A stretch of 64,000 bases of DNA from positions 558,001-622,000 of the forward strand of contig CM119380.1 in NCBI GenBank assembly GCA_051294905.1, given 5' to 3'. Below the pieces are notes generated by a model. That model searched no databases. It was not told the DNA's origin and saw only the letters and a program-made list of their open reading frames with translations. This DNA is from Botryllus schlosseri. Lineage: Eukaryota. Positions 1-10,430 of this stretch are shown here, in pieces (positions within the stretch are counted from its first letter, which is position 1; each line of letters starts with the position of its first letter). A program made the position numbers and the translations under genes.

Positions 1-101
1 TTGGCTAATCGGCTATGCTTCAATGATCACGGCAGCAGCAGCTTGCTGATTATGTGTTCAAGAAGTCTGCTACCGGCGGGGATTCTGAGTTCGCATTGTT
101 A

Positions 102-1257
102 AGGCTGTATCAGACGAGGCGATGTCGGCCGATAATTTCTCTACCATCATGTGAGAGATCGTTGCACTTGATTAGTTTCAGAAGGCGTTGACCCGTTGCA
201 TTTAAACCTGCTCGGGGATGATTGACATCTGCGAATCGCATTTAAACCTGCTCGGGGATGATTGACATCTGCGAATCGGTTTTTTGTTGTTGTACAGGTC
301 AGGTACACTGTACTGTACAACGTACATACTACCGTATTATGATCAGTGATGGGCGGATAGTGATTTCTGAGGATTCGAATCCATCCGACAGCTCAAAGCT
401 CTGATGAGCAATCCTTCCGAATACGAACAATCTCATCCAAATACCCATGCAAATCCGAAAAATCTTGTCCATATTCCAGAAAATCCGAACAGAATAAATA
501 TTCCGAAGATTCCCAATTGTGCAGCGGAGCTAGATACATTTAGGGCCAAGAGTTGGTTGGTTTATATTTGCTTGGACCTTTGACAAAACAACTTCAGAGT
601 GCTACCAGTCCTATAACAAGGGGTACACTGTCCGTTTTGGTTGTCGAGCTGACGATTTTTTTCTTTCGACTTGAAAGTCAAGTCACTTCTGGTCAAAATT
701 ATCCGGAAACAAAGTCACAACTAGCCGAAAATATTCGAAACTAATTCTGCAATATGGTTATGATGTCTGTCAAATGTGTTCATGCTGCAATGTCTTGTCG
801 AATAAAACCTTCTCTGAACCATGGTAGTATGGTATTTGTAAGGGTAGGTCAAAAAAGTTGAAGGTAGCACAAGTTTTGACTGCCGTGATAGCTGTAGAAG
901 AATATGCGCGTGCTGATGCTACTCGAAGGTGGTGGGTGCATCCGATTTTGCAACGCCGGCTTATACTGGATAAGTGGAGCGGCTCAATAATTTAGTACTA
1001 CATCGCAGTAATTCGTTTCGCAATGCCTCGCCAGAAGGTCCGTCCGCCAAACGGCTTGAGCAAAAGTGACGCTATTCAAGTCTCGACACTGGTTTATATA
1101 TGGATACGCATGAGCGCATCTCTCACTTCTCTCATCGCCGGCGATGTCGCCGAGTTAATTGACACTGTCAATTAAAATCGGCGGCGATTCGGCCGATGGC
1201 AGCGATGATAAAACAAACACTAACGCTCCGCCGACATCGCCTCGTCTGATACAGCCT
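102..1257. mobile_element. Non-autonomous PIF/Harbinger element, copy 1 (internally deleted)
   Basis: TIR AGGCTGTATCAGACGAGGCGATGTCGGC at 102, with its reverse complement ending at 1257. TSD TTA at 99-101 and 1258-1260. Retains a Harbinger transposase N-terminal motif (VEEYARADATRRWWVHPILQRR, ~890-960, +). Near-identical copy at 33542-34658. Confidence 0.9.
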
Positions 1258-1354
1258 TTAGTATTTTGGCAGGTGATGATTTCAGATTAATTCAGGACAT
1301 GTTGAGTTACGAAATACATGATACACAGCTGATTGGACGATAGAAGATCTGAAA

Positions 1355-2313
1355 TCAAACTGCTAGTATCCCAAAAGCATTTTCTACGACCCGCCTAGCT
1401 CTACTTAGCCTGTAGTTGAAAATTCTCATTGCTCTCCCAAGAAAACGTTCAGGGTATGGTTTAAGCATACCAATTTGTAGTGGAAAGGCATCATTACATG
1501 CCACAAAATAAGGCATGATAATGTTGGTCGAAGGCGAAAAGTTGGCTGGAGGAATTGCCAAAGTGTTATTTTCAAATCTCTTTCCAATTTGCGAGTTGCT
1601 GAACACACCTCCATCACTGTGACGTCCAGAGTCACCAATATCAACCAATATAAAACGGTAATCTGCATCACAGACAGCCAAAAGAACGAGTGAAAATAGC
1701 CCTTATAGTTATAATATTCACTGCCGGAACTGGAGGAAGCCTCAAGTATAAATGTGTTTCCCATCCATTGCACCTATGCAATTGGGGAATTGCCAAATGC
1801 TGTCAAAGTCACGAACGATTTCTTGCCACTTTGCTGTTGTAGGCGGAACAAGCTCCAACGCAATGAGTTTATTCCATATAGCCTTACAGCATTCGTCAAC
1901 AATCACCCAAACAGTGGTGTGACCAACTCGGAAAGAAAACGACAAGTCTTGTTGGGTAGCACCAGTTATCAAATACCTGCAAATACCAAATTTGAGATAT
2001 TGGATCACAATCTTATATCTTATCTTATATCCAACCTCAATGTAACAATCAGTCTTCTTTGGGGAGCAATTGCTTTTCTAAAATTTGTATCCTCATGGAA
2101 AATATCCTCCTTTATTAAATCCAATAATTTATAGAATTTTTCTCTCGACATCCGAAAATATTTATGGCACAGTTGCGGGTCCCCATTTTCACACAGAAGA
2201 CTTTCTGCCAAGAGAAACTCGGACTTCTCATCTCTTTCCCGCCATAAGTCATGCGTCCAAAATGATCTGCTCAAGAAAGTTTCATACACCAAATTACAGC
2301 AGAGAAAATACAA
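1355..2313 (-). pseudogene. Harbinger (DDE_Tnp_4/HARBI1-like) transposase, frameshifted and 3'-truncated
   Basis: Motifs LIVTLR/YLITG, WQFPNCIGAMDGKHI, YYNYKGY, AVCDADYRF, SDGGVF, FNYRLSRARRVVENAFGIL spread over several frames. A 59-bp GT-AG intron at 2035-1977 joins LR|YLITG in frame. Confidence 0.9.
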
Positions 2314-2996
2314 ATTCAGCAGCTAAATGACACACCTGCCGACACCTGGGGAAGCATCTTCAAATAAACTGTAAGCCAAACAAGCTTTCTAAGTCACATT
2401 ACGAATCTTTCTTTTCCTGTTGTTCATTTCTCCGCTCAAATTACGATATACTATTGTGTACGGTACTACTATACTAATGTGCACTGTACCCAAAAGCTCG
2501 ATAAAATGGGACATCGATGGAATCTGACATATCTACCATGCTACCTAATCATTTCAAAGGTTACGTTCTTGAGATCTATTGGTATCAGAAATTTCGATTC
2601 CAACTCGACACACTTTGACCACTTGTTTTTCGGGCAGTGCATAAGGTAGGTTACATAAAACCGAAATCCATTACGCTTCCATAACGAGATACACACAGGC
2701 TATATATCCCAATCATTTTCGCTCTGAAACTATCAACTGTCTCATGGACTTCAAGTACCGGTGTGACTCTTCACAAAGTATGCCTACTGATACAGCTGAC
2801 GGCACAAAAGTGCTCTTGCAATTTTGCTTCAAGATCTACAATGACCTCAAGTCAATCTTAATTCGATAAAGAAACTATTGTAGTCGTCGTAATAAATACA
2901 AACCAGGGTAAACTACAGCGGTGATATGGAGACCACGCTCAGTAAGTGATGCGACCTCGCTCGCAACTCGCGACAAAGTCGACAATTTTCAACTTT

Positions 2997-4325
2997 AGGC
3001 TGCTGCACACTGGCTCTCGCCACACGACAAAACGAGAGAATCGCGCCTGTCTGTGACAAAACCATGCACACCGCGTCGCCAGACTACGCAACATAGCGTC
3101 GGCGAGCGGGCTGCGCAACTCGCCGACAAAGTTGAAAAATTCCAACTTTGTCGCGAGTTGCGGGCTCAGTCGCAGTAGAAAATAAGCACGCGCTCTTATT
3201 CTAATCGTTCAACTTCCTAATTTACCATTCTCGTGTACCAGATGCGTAATTTATCTTAGGTTACACGGTGAAGGCTGTGCAGGATTGACTCAGGGCGCAG
3301 TATGATATCCAACAGACCCAGAAAAAGAATGATTCAACCTCAAGTTGATAACTTAGAGATGGATGAACGTAACTTAGAGATGGATGAACGAAATGAACAT
3401 GACAGAGAACATGACTGTTAGCCCGCCAATGCCAATGACGTGCTTGACATTACGAAAGTACCGGTAGGCCAAGAAGAGTAGGACGAAAGTACCGGTAGGC
3501 CAAGAAGAGTAGGCCTATGTATCATGAAGATGATATCTGATTGATGGACTATGTCAGGGCGTTTCAACGATTAGACACCTTCTTTTTTATATTCTTTGTA
3601 TCTTGGGTACTATGTGCATCTGCGTCTTGAGTTGAAATATTAAACTGAGTTTTCGAATTTGAGAATATCTTAGTGGCATTATGGTGTATTCCTTATTAAA
3701 ATTCGGAGCATCAGCAACATGCTGTCAGTACACTTAGATAACACATATGTGCAGGAAGTATCTTGATGTGTTCTTCGATAATCAAGAACCTGTACACAGT
3801 GGAGGCCTTACGAACGGGGGGCACTGGGCGAGACTTAACGGGGGGCCCCCTAAAAGTATCTAACCGTAACTTCTGGGGGCGGAGCCCCCCAGACCCCCCT
3901 TTCCCGCGGTAAGGTTGGGCCAGGTGCTGGATTCGGCTATGTATATTATTGCATGTGTCCAAGGATAGACTACATCAAGACTAAGTAATTCTACCGCAGA
4001 CAGAGACGTGTTGATCATCGGGATACGGGACTTTTCTAACAAATGCAGAGATTTGATGATGATTGACACATTCGTACGGATTCATATTCTTGCTTGGTAC
4101 ACGGATTTCCATGTTTATTCGTTATTATCATTGAAAAAACGCATAATCCGAATAGGGGGGCCCGGGCGACCGCCCACCCTAAAACCACCACTGCCTATAC
4201 AGAACAGATAGGCCTACGTTACCACTCGGTGTCCCAGTGTGCAGCAGAACGCAACTACCGCGATCGTGACATGATCGGGGAATTACCAGTTTTAGTCGTG
4301 CCGCAAAGCCAGTGTGCAGCAGCCT
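2997..4325. mobile_element. Harbinger-type MITE with TTT target duplication
   Basis: TIR AGGCTGCTGCACACTGGC (2997) / GCCAGTGTGCAGCAGCCT (ends 4325). TTT at 2994-2996 and 4326-4328. Confidence 0.75.
3797..4193. mobile_element. hAT MITE (CAGTGG family), nested in the 2997-4325 element
   Basis: Termini CAGTGG...CCACTG. 8-bp flanks CCTGTACA / CCTATACA (1 mismatch). Homologous to 21533-21934. Confidence 0.8.
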
Positions 4326-4538
4326 TTTGTCGCGGAGTTGCGCAACCCTGTCGCAGACGTGATTTTGTGAGTTGCCGGAAACTCCGGTGTGCATAGCCTC
4401 GTCGCAGACAGGCGCGATTCTCTCGTTTTATCGGGTCGCGAGCTCAGCGTGCAGAGGCCTCAACAGTCGCGTGTTGTCGTAATACTTTCTCATATCTGCC
4501 AACATATGGATCATCGGTATCATATCTGCCAACATATG

Positions 4539-5065
4539 TGTAGTCGCCGTACGGCCCTAAGGTGTCACTGTGGCTCCTTCACACTCCCGCCGAACAAGGA
4601 AGTGGACTCAGTGTCATTGTTACCTCACAACGGTAACTAGGTCTGACCTATCGTGGTGCAATTCACTGCTTAGTGCACGTGCGTTAGTAGTAGGATCGTT
4701 TTGGCATTAGTTCAGTTATTAGAATAGGAATAGTTAGGTTTATTGCATTGCTAAAATAGGGCTAGTTAGGTTAATTCATTCATTGTCTCACTGTTTTGAT
4801 ATCTTTTGTTACAGTCAAACTAAATCTATAAATAAAATAAAATAAAAAACCCGGAAGACACATTGTCAAGTAAGATGCTTTGTATTTGATAGCTTAGTAC
4901 ATACTTGCCAACAGCTTAGTACATACTTGCCAATGCTTATTGTATTTCATTTTTAATAGAAAACACGCACCAACAAAGCGAGTCTTTTTCTCTGTGCCGA
5001 AAGGGAATATAAGCAGCCAGATATTTCAATCCACCCTGTGGCGCGATCTGCGGGTTGCGGCTACA
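4539..5065 (+). repeat. 5' LTR (LTR1, 527 bp)
   Basis: TGTAGTCGCC...GCGGCTACA. Contains two copies of the 22-bp unit AGCTTAGTACATACTTGCCAAC. Confidence 0.95.
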
Positions 5066-5128
5066 TTAGTTTTTTGACAATTTTCAAATCTGTTCGTTGG
5101 AACACCTTCATCAACAAAGAAAACCAAA

Positions 5129-5968
5129 ATGGCTGAAGAAGCTAATTCAAACTTGCTGCTAGTGGAGACCGAAGAGCAAACTACGGTACCGGTACGTAAT
5201 GATAAATCAAACAATGCCCAGGACGGCACAAGCAGTGGTTCTTTTGGCCTCGAACAAATCCAAAGAATGTCGAACACTGACAAACAAAGAGAAAACAAAA
5301 AGTCAAAGTCAGCTGTGTCGACTATTCACAAATCAAAGTTACTGAGGTCACATTCTATGACTCTAAGGAGCCTGCCGACCAAAGGTAGGCCGTCCTTGTC
5401 ATCGAGCCACTGCTCAAACAAGCCAACAACCCTACCGGTATTTGCCAAATCACTGAAATCACGATCATCCGTCTCAAGCACTGCAACAGGATCAAGCTAC
5501 ATGAGTAATTCTCAAATACTCAGTTTACAAAACTCGAGGGATGTTCACCGCGACAAAAAGGCTGAAATGAACAAAAAACACGTCCAGCATCGCTTTCAGC
5601 AAGAAAATGACGCCTTCGAAGATCAGATAAGATCTGAAGAGGAACAGATCTACCAGGAATTACGACGTCAAGAAGAGGAAGAAAAGAGGCGTCAAGAAGA
5701 GGAAAAGAGGCGTCAAGATGAGGAAAAGAGGCGTCAAGAAGAGGAAATGAGACGTCAAGAAGAGGAAGAAGAAAAGAGGCGTCAAGAAGAAGAAAAGAGG
5801 CGTCAAATGAAATTAAAACGTAAAGAAGAGGAAGATCGGAAGCGTCAAATGGAGTTACGACAAAAACTCGAAATCGAAATGCATAAAAAGAAAGCTCTCG
5901 AAGGCAGAAGGTCTTTGAATCAAAGATTGAGGAATAACCTACAAGAAATTGACGATAGAACTGAGTGA
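5129..5968 (+). CDS. BEL element ORF1 (279 aa), Ser/Lys-rich N-terminus plus (EEEKRRQ)n charged helix; copy 1
   Basis: ATG-initiated ORF just downstream of LTR1. 21-bp coding repeats at ~5670-5810. Probably the N-terminal part of gag. Confidence 0.7.
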   Translation: MAEEANSNLLLVETEEQTTVPVRNDKSNNAQDGTSSGSFGLEQIQRMSNTDKQRENKKSKSAVSTIHKSKLLRSHSMTLRSLPTKGRPSLSSSHCSNKPTTLPVFAKSLKSRSSVSSTATGSSYMSNSQILSLQNSRDVHRDKKAEMNKKHVQHRFQQENDAFEDQIRSEEEQIYQELRRQEEEEKRRQEEEKRRQDEEKRRQEEEMRRQEEEEEKRRQEEEKRRQMKLKRKEEEDRKRQMELRQKLEIEMHKKKALEGRRSLNQRLRNNLQEIDDRTE

Positions 5969-6048
5969 GAAAAGCTACAATCAAAAGCTCAATTCGAGGA
6001 AATTATGATTGAACGGGACTATATAACGGCTCTAAAAGCACCCAAATT

Positions 6049-8670
6049 GTGCATCAACCAACATCAAGCTCGAACTCCGTCACAGTATCCGAGAACGCCA
6101 ACGTCCCACTGGCACCTGTGGTGAAACCAGAACCGCAACAACTTCAAGAATCGTCGGTGACTCCAAATCTCTCAGAAACAGGTACGTCGGCTATTTTCTC
6201 ACCCCTTGGAAGTTCATATTGTTCCTTACCAATTCGCAGTGTGGGTGCTATGAATGCAAGTAGTGTGAGTGCAACGAACGCCAGCATTACGAGCATAAGT
6301 AGCCCTAGTACTGTGATATCTGGCACTAACGCCTATCTTCAACCTTCTAACTTGGTTTGGTCTAATAGTCCCATCATGTCAAATCTAACAAACATGGTAG
6401 CTACAACTTCTCCGCTCACTGCTTTGAATCGTAAGCCTATTTTGGATTCGAGAAGCCCATCTGGCCCAGAAGTAGTGCCAAGTTCCATTTTGGCTTCCAC
6501 AAAAAATGACTCATGTTCGTCTGCCAATGTTAGCCCCGCCCCGCCAGTAATTCAACCAAACCTTTTGCCACCCTTAGAACCCCCAATCTTTTCTGGTAAT
6601 CCAAGTGACTTCAATAGTTTCATGGACATTTTTGAAATAACAATTGGAAACAAAATTATAAATCAGAAACAAAAACTGGTGTACTTGATGCGTTACACCA
6701 AGGGACCAGCAAATACTCTCGTCAAGAGCTGCTTATACCTTGATGCAAACGACTGCTACCGAGAAGCGCTGAACCTGCTACAAGAGATGTATGGCCAAAA
6801 GTTCAGAATCGGACCTTCTTGTTTAAACTTAATATCCTCTGGTCCTCAAGTAAAGTTGCATGATCAGGATGGCTTGGCGATTCTTTCCGCCGATCTTATA
6901 TCCTGTGTAAATACTCTCAAAGGTATTAACTACCAATCCGTCTCGCTGGAGACAATTGATAAAATCGCACTCAGAATGCCCTCACAATGGAGGTCAGGCT
7001 GGCTTGGCGTCATGGATCATATCCTCCATGAACTGCAGGGCGACGTGAAAATGAGTGACCTGTCGGCTTACGTGCGTAAAAAGGTACGTGAAGCGTCAAA
7101 TGTCCCTCCCCGTGAACAAAGTACAAACAACAAGCCAGTTGTTGTAATGCAAGCAAAATCAAACTTTGCAACTTCAGTTCGTGCTGGTAATAACGACGCC
7201 AAGGATGACCGTGGATCATCGTGCGTAAAATGTAAGAAAAAACACTTTCTCAATCAGTGCCAGGAGTTCCGCGATATGGACGTTACTGGCAGAAGGGATT
7301 TTGTGAAAAATAATAAGCTATGCTTCTCGTGCTTGCAACCCGGACACTGGTCTGATAAATGTACCAGAGATAAACCATGCAAATATCAACATTGTAATGG
7401 AAAACATACAACACTCCTGCATGTGAATCCAGTGTCCACAAACGATGAGAACAAACCCGTCGTCCAAAATTCTGCGGCTTCAACTGTCGCCCAAGAAAAC
7501 GCTCCAAAGGCTCATGGACCTGTGAAATTCAATGCATTCGCCAAATTACCTGAAGAAAATGTGTTACTCAACGTGGCACCTGTCCGCGTCAGAATTCGAG
7601 GAACAAACTGCTATATTGCTACACACGCTTTCTTTGACAACGGAAGTCATCTTTCCTTCATTAGTGAAAATCTTGCAAATGAACTTTGCCTCCAAGGCGG
7701 TCAAACAGAATTTGATCTTCGCACCCTGGCAGGATTATCCGGTTACAAAGGTAACGTATTCGATAATCTTGAGTTATCCGACTTCTATGGTACAGAATAT
7801 GCTCCGTTCACACCATTAGTATCCACTGACTGTATTGGTGTCGAGGACGTTGATATTCCCAGACAAGAAGACGTCAACCAATTTCCGGAATTGCAAGACG
7901 TGTGTATTCCAAAACTAGCATCCGAAGTTGGACTAATAATTGGAAAAGAAAACAGATGGTTTCACAAGCCCTTGGAGGTAATTCATGGTCCAAATGACTA
8001 TTATGCAACAAGAACGTTTGCAGGCTGGATGATAAACTGCCCGGCCAAAGTGGCAGATGGAACAAAAAAGGTATTTTTTTCAAAGCCTGCTACGAATTCG
8101 CCCAAACCCCTATATCAGCTGTGTCGTGATTTTGTGGACTCGACAACGAATGAAAAACAAGAACTGTCACAAAATGATAAACTGTTTATTGAATCTGCAG
8201 AAAAATCAATGGAACTGTATAATGACATCTCACTTAATGATGGTCTGTTACAGGGGCCAGATTGGACAAAGGACCTGGTTGAAGTCTCATCCGGTGTCCA
8301 CAAACATATCGTTGGCATCCAAGGAGATGTCCGAGCTGTGATTCACCAAGCGAAGGCTTGTAAAGGAGACAAGGATCTGTTTCGACTCCTACGGAAGAAA
8401 GAATTCCCCTACTCTGAAATGAACTCAAGCTGTACGGTCAACAATAACAAATACTTTCCAAAAGGACCGATATTTCCAATTAGCCTCTCCTTTCTGTGGA
8501 GGATCTGTATAACAGTAGCGTGGTATCTTGCAACTTTCTGCAAAGTCTTCAAGGCATTGGTTTTCAACTTTGTCAACCAAATCAAAGTTAGGTCCAACCT
8601 GTATCGATGGTGGAATGTACCGTCCGAGTTGAATCCCTGCAGACATCGCCTTGAGAGGCCTTTCTGCTGA
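6049..8670 (+). CDS. BEL/Pao Gag-protease polyprotein with RT relic (873 aa); copy 1
   Basis: DUF1759-like PIFSGNPSDFNSFMDIFE...KLVYLMRYTKGPA. Knuckles CVKCKKKHFLNQC, CFSCLQPGHWSDKC, CKYQHCNGKHTTLLH. Protease AFFDNGSHLSFI. RT-start relic SLNDGLLQGPDW...GDVRAVIHQ. No YxDD, RNase H or integrase. Confidence 0.9.
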   Translation: MHQPTSSSNSVTVSENANVPLAPVVKPEPQQLQESSVTPNLSETGTSAIFSPLGSSYCSLPIRSVGAMNASSVSATNASITSISSPSTVISGTNAYLQPSNLVWSNSPIMSNLTNMVATTSPLTALNRKPILDSRSPSGPEVVPSSILASTKNDSCSSANVSPAPPVIQPNLLPPLEPPIFSGNPSDFNSFMDIFEITIGNKIINQKQKLVYLMRYTKGPANTLVKSCLYLDANDCYREALNLLQEMYGQKFRIGPSCLNLISSGPQVKLHDQDGLAILSADLISCVNTLKGINYQSVSLETIDKIALRMPSQWRSGWLGVMDHILHELQGDVKMSDLSAYVRKKVREASNVPPREQSTNNKPVVVMQAKSNFATSVRAGNNDAKDDRGSSCVKCKKKHFLNQCQEFRDMDVTGRRDFVKNNKLCFSCLQPGHWSDKCTRDKPCKYQHCNGKHTTLLHVNPVSTNDENKPVVQNSAASTVAQENAPKAHGPVKFNAFAKLPEENVLLNVAPVRVRIRGTNCYIATHAFFDNGSHLSFISENLANELCLQGGQTEFDLRTLAGLSGYKGNVFDNLELSDFYGTEYAPFTPLVSTDCIGVEDVDIPRQEDVNQFPELQDVCIPKLASEVGLIIGKENRWFHKPLEVIHGPNDYYATRTFAGWMINCPAKVADGTKKVFFSKPATNSPKPLYQLCRDFVDSTTNEKQELSQNDKLFIESAEKSMELYNDISLNDGLLQGPDWTKDLVEVSSGVHKHIVGIQGDVRAVIHQAKACKGDKDLFRLLRKKEFPYSEMNSSCTVNNNKYFPKGPIFPISLSFLWRICITVAWYLATFCKVFKALVFNFVNQIKVRSNLYRWWNVPSELNPCRHRLERPFC

Positions 8671-8920
8671 TACACTTCTAAATTTGTCTTCTTGTCAAAC
8701 AATACACAGTTGCTCCTAGTCCAGCCACTGTGGACCTAACTTCCAAAGTACACCTGTTGTATTAATAAGCTTGCCCTCTTACATAAGAGAGAATAACTTG
8801 AGTTTTGATTTCGTTAAATAATTACCATTTCGTTTGGTAGCACCTGCTGACTGCGTGAGTGTGTGTATGTGTGGAAATCTCCAAATTCGGAACAAATTTT
8901 GAATTTCCAAGGGGCCAGGA

Positions 8921-9447
8921 TGTAGCCGCCGTACGGCCCTAAGGTGTCGCTGTGGCTCCTTCACACTCCCGCCGAACAAGGAAGTGGACTCAATGTCATT
9001 GTTACCTCACAACGGTAACTAGGTCTGACGTATCGTGGTGCAATTCACTGCTTAGTGCACGTGCGTTAGTAGTAGGATCGTTTTGGCATTAGTTCAGTTA
9101 TTAGAATAGGAATAGTTAGGTTTATTGCATTGCTAAAATAGGGCTAGTTAGGTTAATTCATTCATTGTCTCACTGTTTTGATATCTATTGTTACAGTCAA
9201 AGTAAATCTATAAATAAAATAAAATAAAAAACCCGGAAGACACATTGTCAAGTAAGATGCTTTGTATTTGATAGCTTAGTACATACTTGCCAACAGCTTA
9301 GTACATACTTGCCAATGCTTATTGTATTTCATTTTTAATAGAAAACACGCACCAACAAAGCGAGTCTTTTTCTCTGTGCCGAAAGGGAATATAAGCAGCC
9401 AGATATTTCAATCCACCCTGTGGCGCGATCTGCGGGTTGCGGCTACA
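8921..9447 (+). repeat. Middle LTR (LTR2, 527 bp, chimeric)
   Basis: The 5' substitutions match LTR3; the doubled 22-bp unit matches LTR1. Confidence 0.95.
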
Positions 9448-9510
9448 TTAGTTTTTTGACAATTTTCAAATCTGTTCGTTGGAACACCTTCATCAACAAA
9501 GAAAACCAAA

Positions 9511-10350
9511 ATGGCTGAAGAAGCTAATTCAAACTTGCTGCTAGTGGAGACCGAAGAGCAAACTACGGTACCGGTACGTAATGATAAATCAAACAATGCC
9601 CAGGACGGCACAAGCAGTGGTTCTTTTGGCCTCGAACAAATCCAAAGAATGTCGAACACTGACAAACAAAGAGAAAACAAAAAGTCAAAGTCAGCTGTGT
9701 CGACTATTCACAAATCAAAGTTACTGAGGTCACATTCTATGACTCTAAGGAGCCTGCCGACCAAAGGTAGGCCGTCCTTGTCATCGAGCCACTGCTCAAA
9801 CAAGCCAACAACCCTACCGGTATTTGCCAAATCACTGAAATCACGATCATCCGTCTCAAGCACTGCAACAGGATCAAGCTACATGAGTAATTCTCAAATA
9901 CTCAGTTTACAAAACTCGAGGGATGTTCACCGCGACAAAAAGGCTGAAATGAACAAAAAACACGTCCAGCATCGCTTTCAGCAAGAAAATGACGCCTTCG
10001 AAGATCAGATAAGATCTGAAGAGGAACAGATCTACCAGGAATTACGACGTCAAGAAGAGGAAGAAAAGAGGCGTCAAGAAGAGGAAAAGAGGCGTCAAGA
10101 TGAGGAAAAGAGGCGTCAAGAAGAGGAAATGAGACGTCAAGAAGAGGAAGAAGAAAAGAGGCGTCAAGAAGAAGAAAAGAGGCGTCAAATGAAATTAAAA
10201 CGTAAAGAAGAGGAAGATCGGAAGCGTCAAATGGAGTTACGACAAAAACTCGAAATCGAAATGCATAAAAAGAAAGCTCTCGAAGGCAGAAGGTCTTTGA
10301 ATCAAAGATTGAGGAATAACCTACAAGAAATTGACGATAGAACTGAGTGA
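9511..10350 (+). CDS. BEL element ORF1; copy 2
   Basis: Translation identical to 5129-5968. Confidence 0.7.
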   Translation: MAEEANSNLLLVETEEQTTVPVRNDKSNNAQDGTSSGSFGLEQIQRMSNTDKQRENKKSKSAVSTIHKSKLLRSHSMTLRSLPTKGRPSLSSSHCSNKPTTLPVFAKSLKSRSSVSSTATGSSYMSNSQILSLQNSRDVHRDKKAEMNKKHVQHRFQQENDAFEDQIRSEEEQIYQELRRQEEEEKRRQEEEKRRQDEEKRRQEEEMRRQEEEEEKRRQEEEKRRQMKLKRKEEEDRKRQMELRQKLEIEMHKKKALEGRRSLNQRLRNNLQEIDDRTE

Positions 10351-10430
10351 GAAAAGCTACAATCAAAAGCTCAATTCGAGGAAATTATGATTGAACGGGA
10401 CTATATAACGGCTCTAAAAGCACCCAAATT

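Noticed and set aside
5670-5810. 21-bp direct repeats as a CRISPR-like array
   Set aside because: No unique spacers, in-frame coding repeat, eukaryotic TE context, no cas genes.
5520-5984. 154-aa minus-strand ORF with LLDASF repeats (and its copy at 9902-10366)
   Set aside because: Antisense shadow of the EEEKRRQ coding repeat; no independent evidence.
8400-8670. BEL C-terminal hydrophobic tail as an env gene
   Set aside because: Too short, no ectodomain or signal peptide, and fused to Gag-PR.
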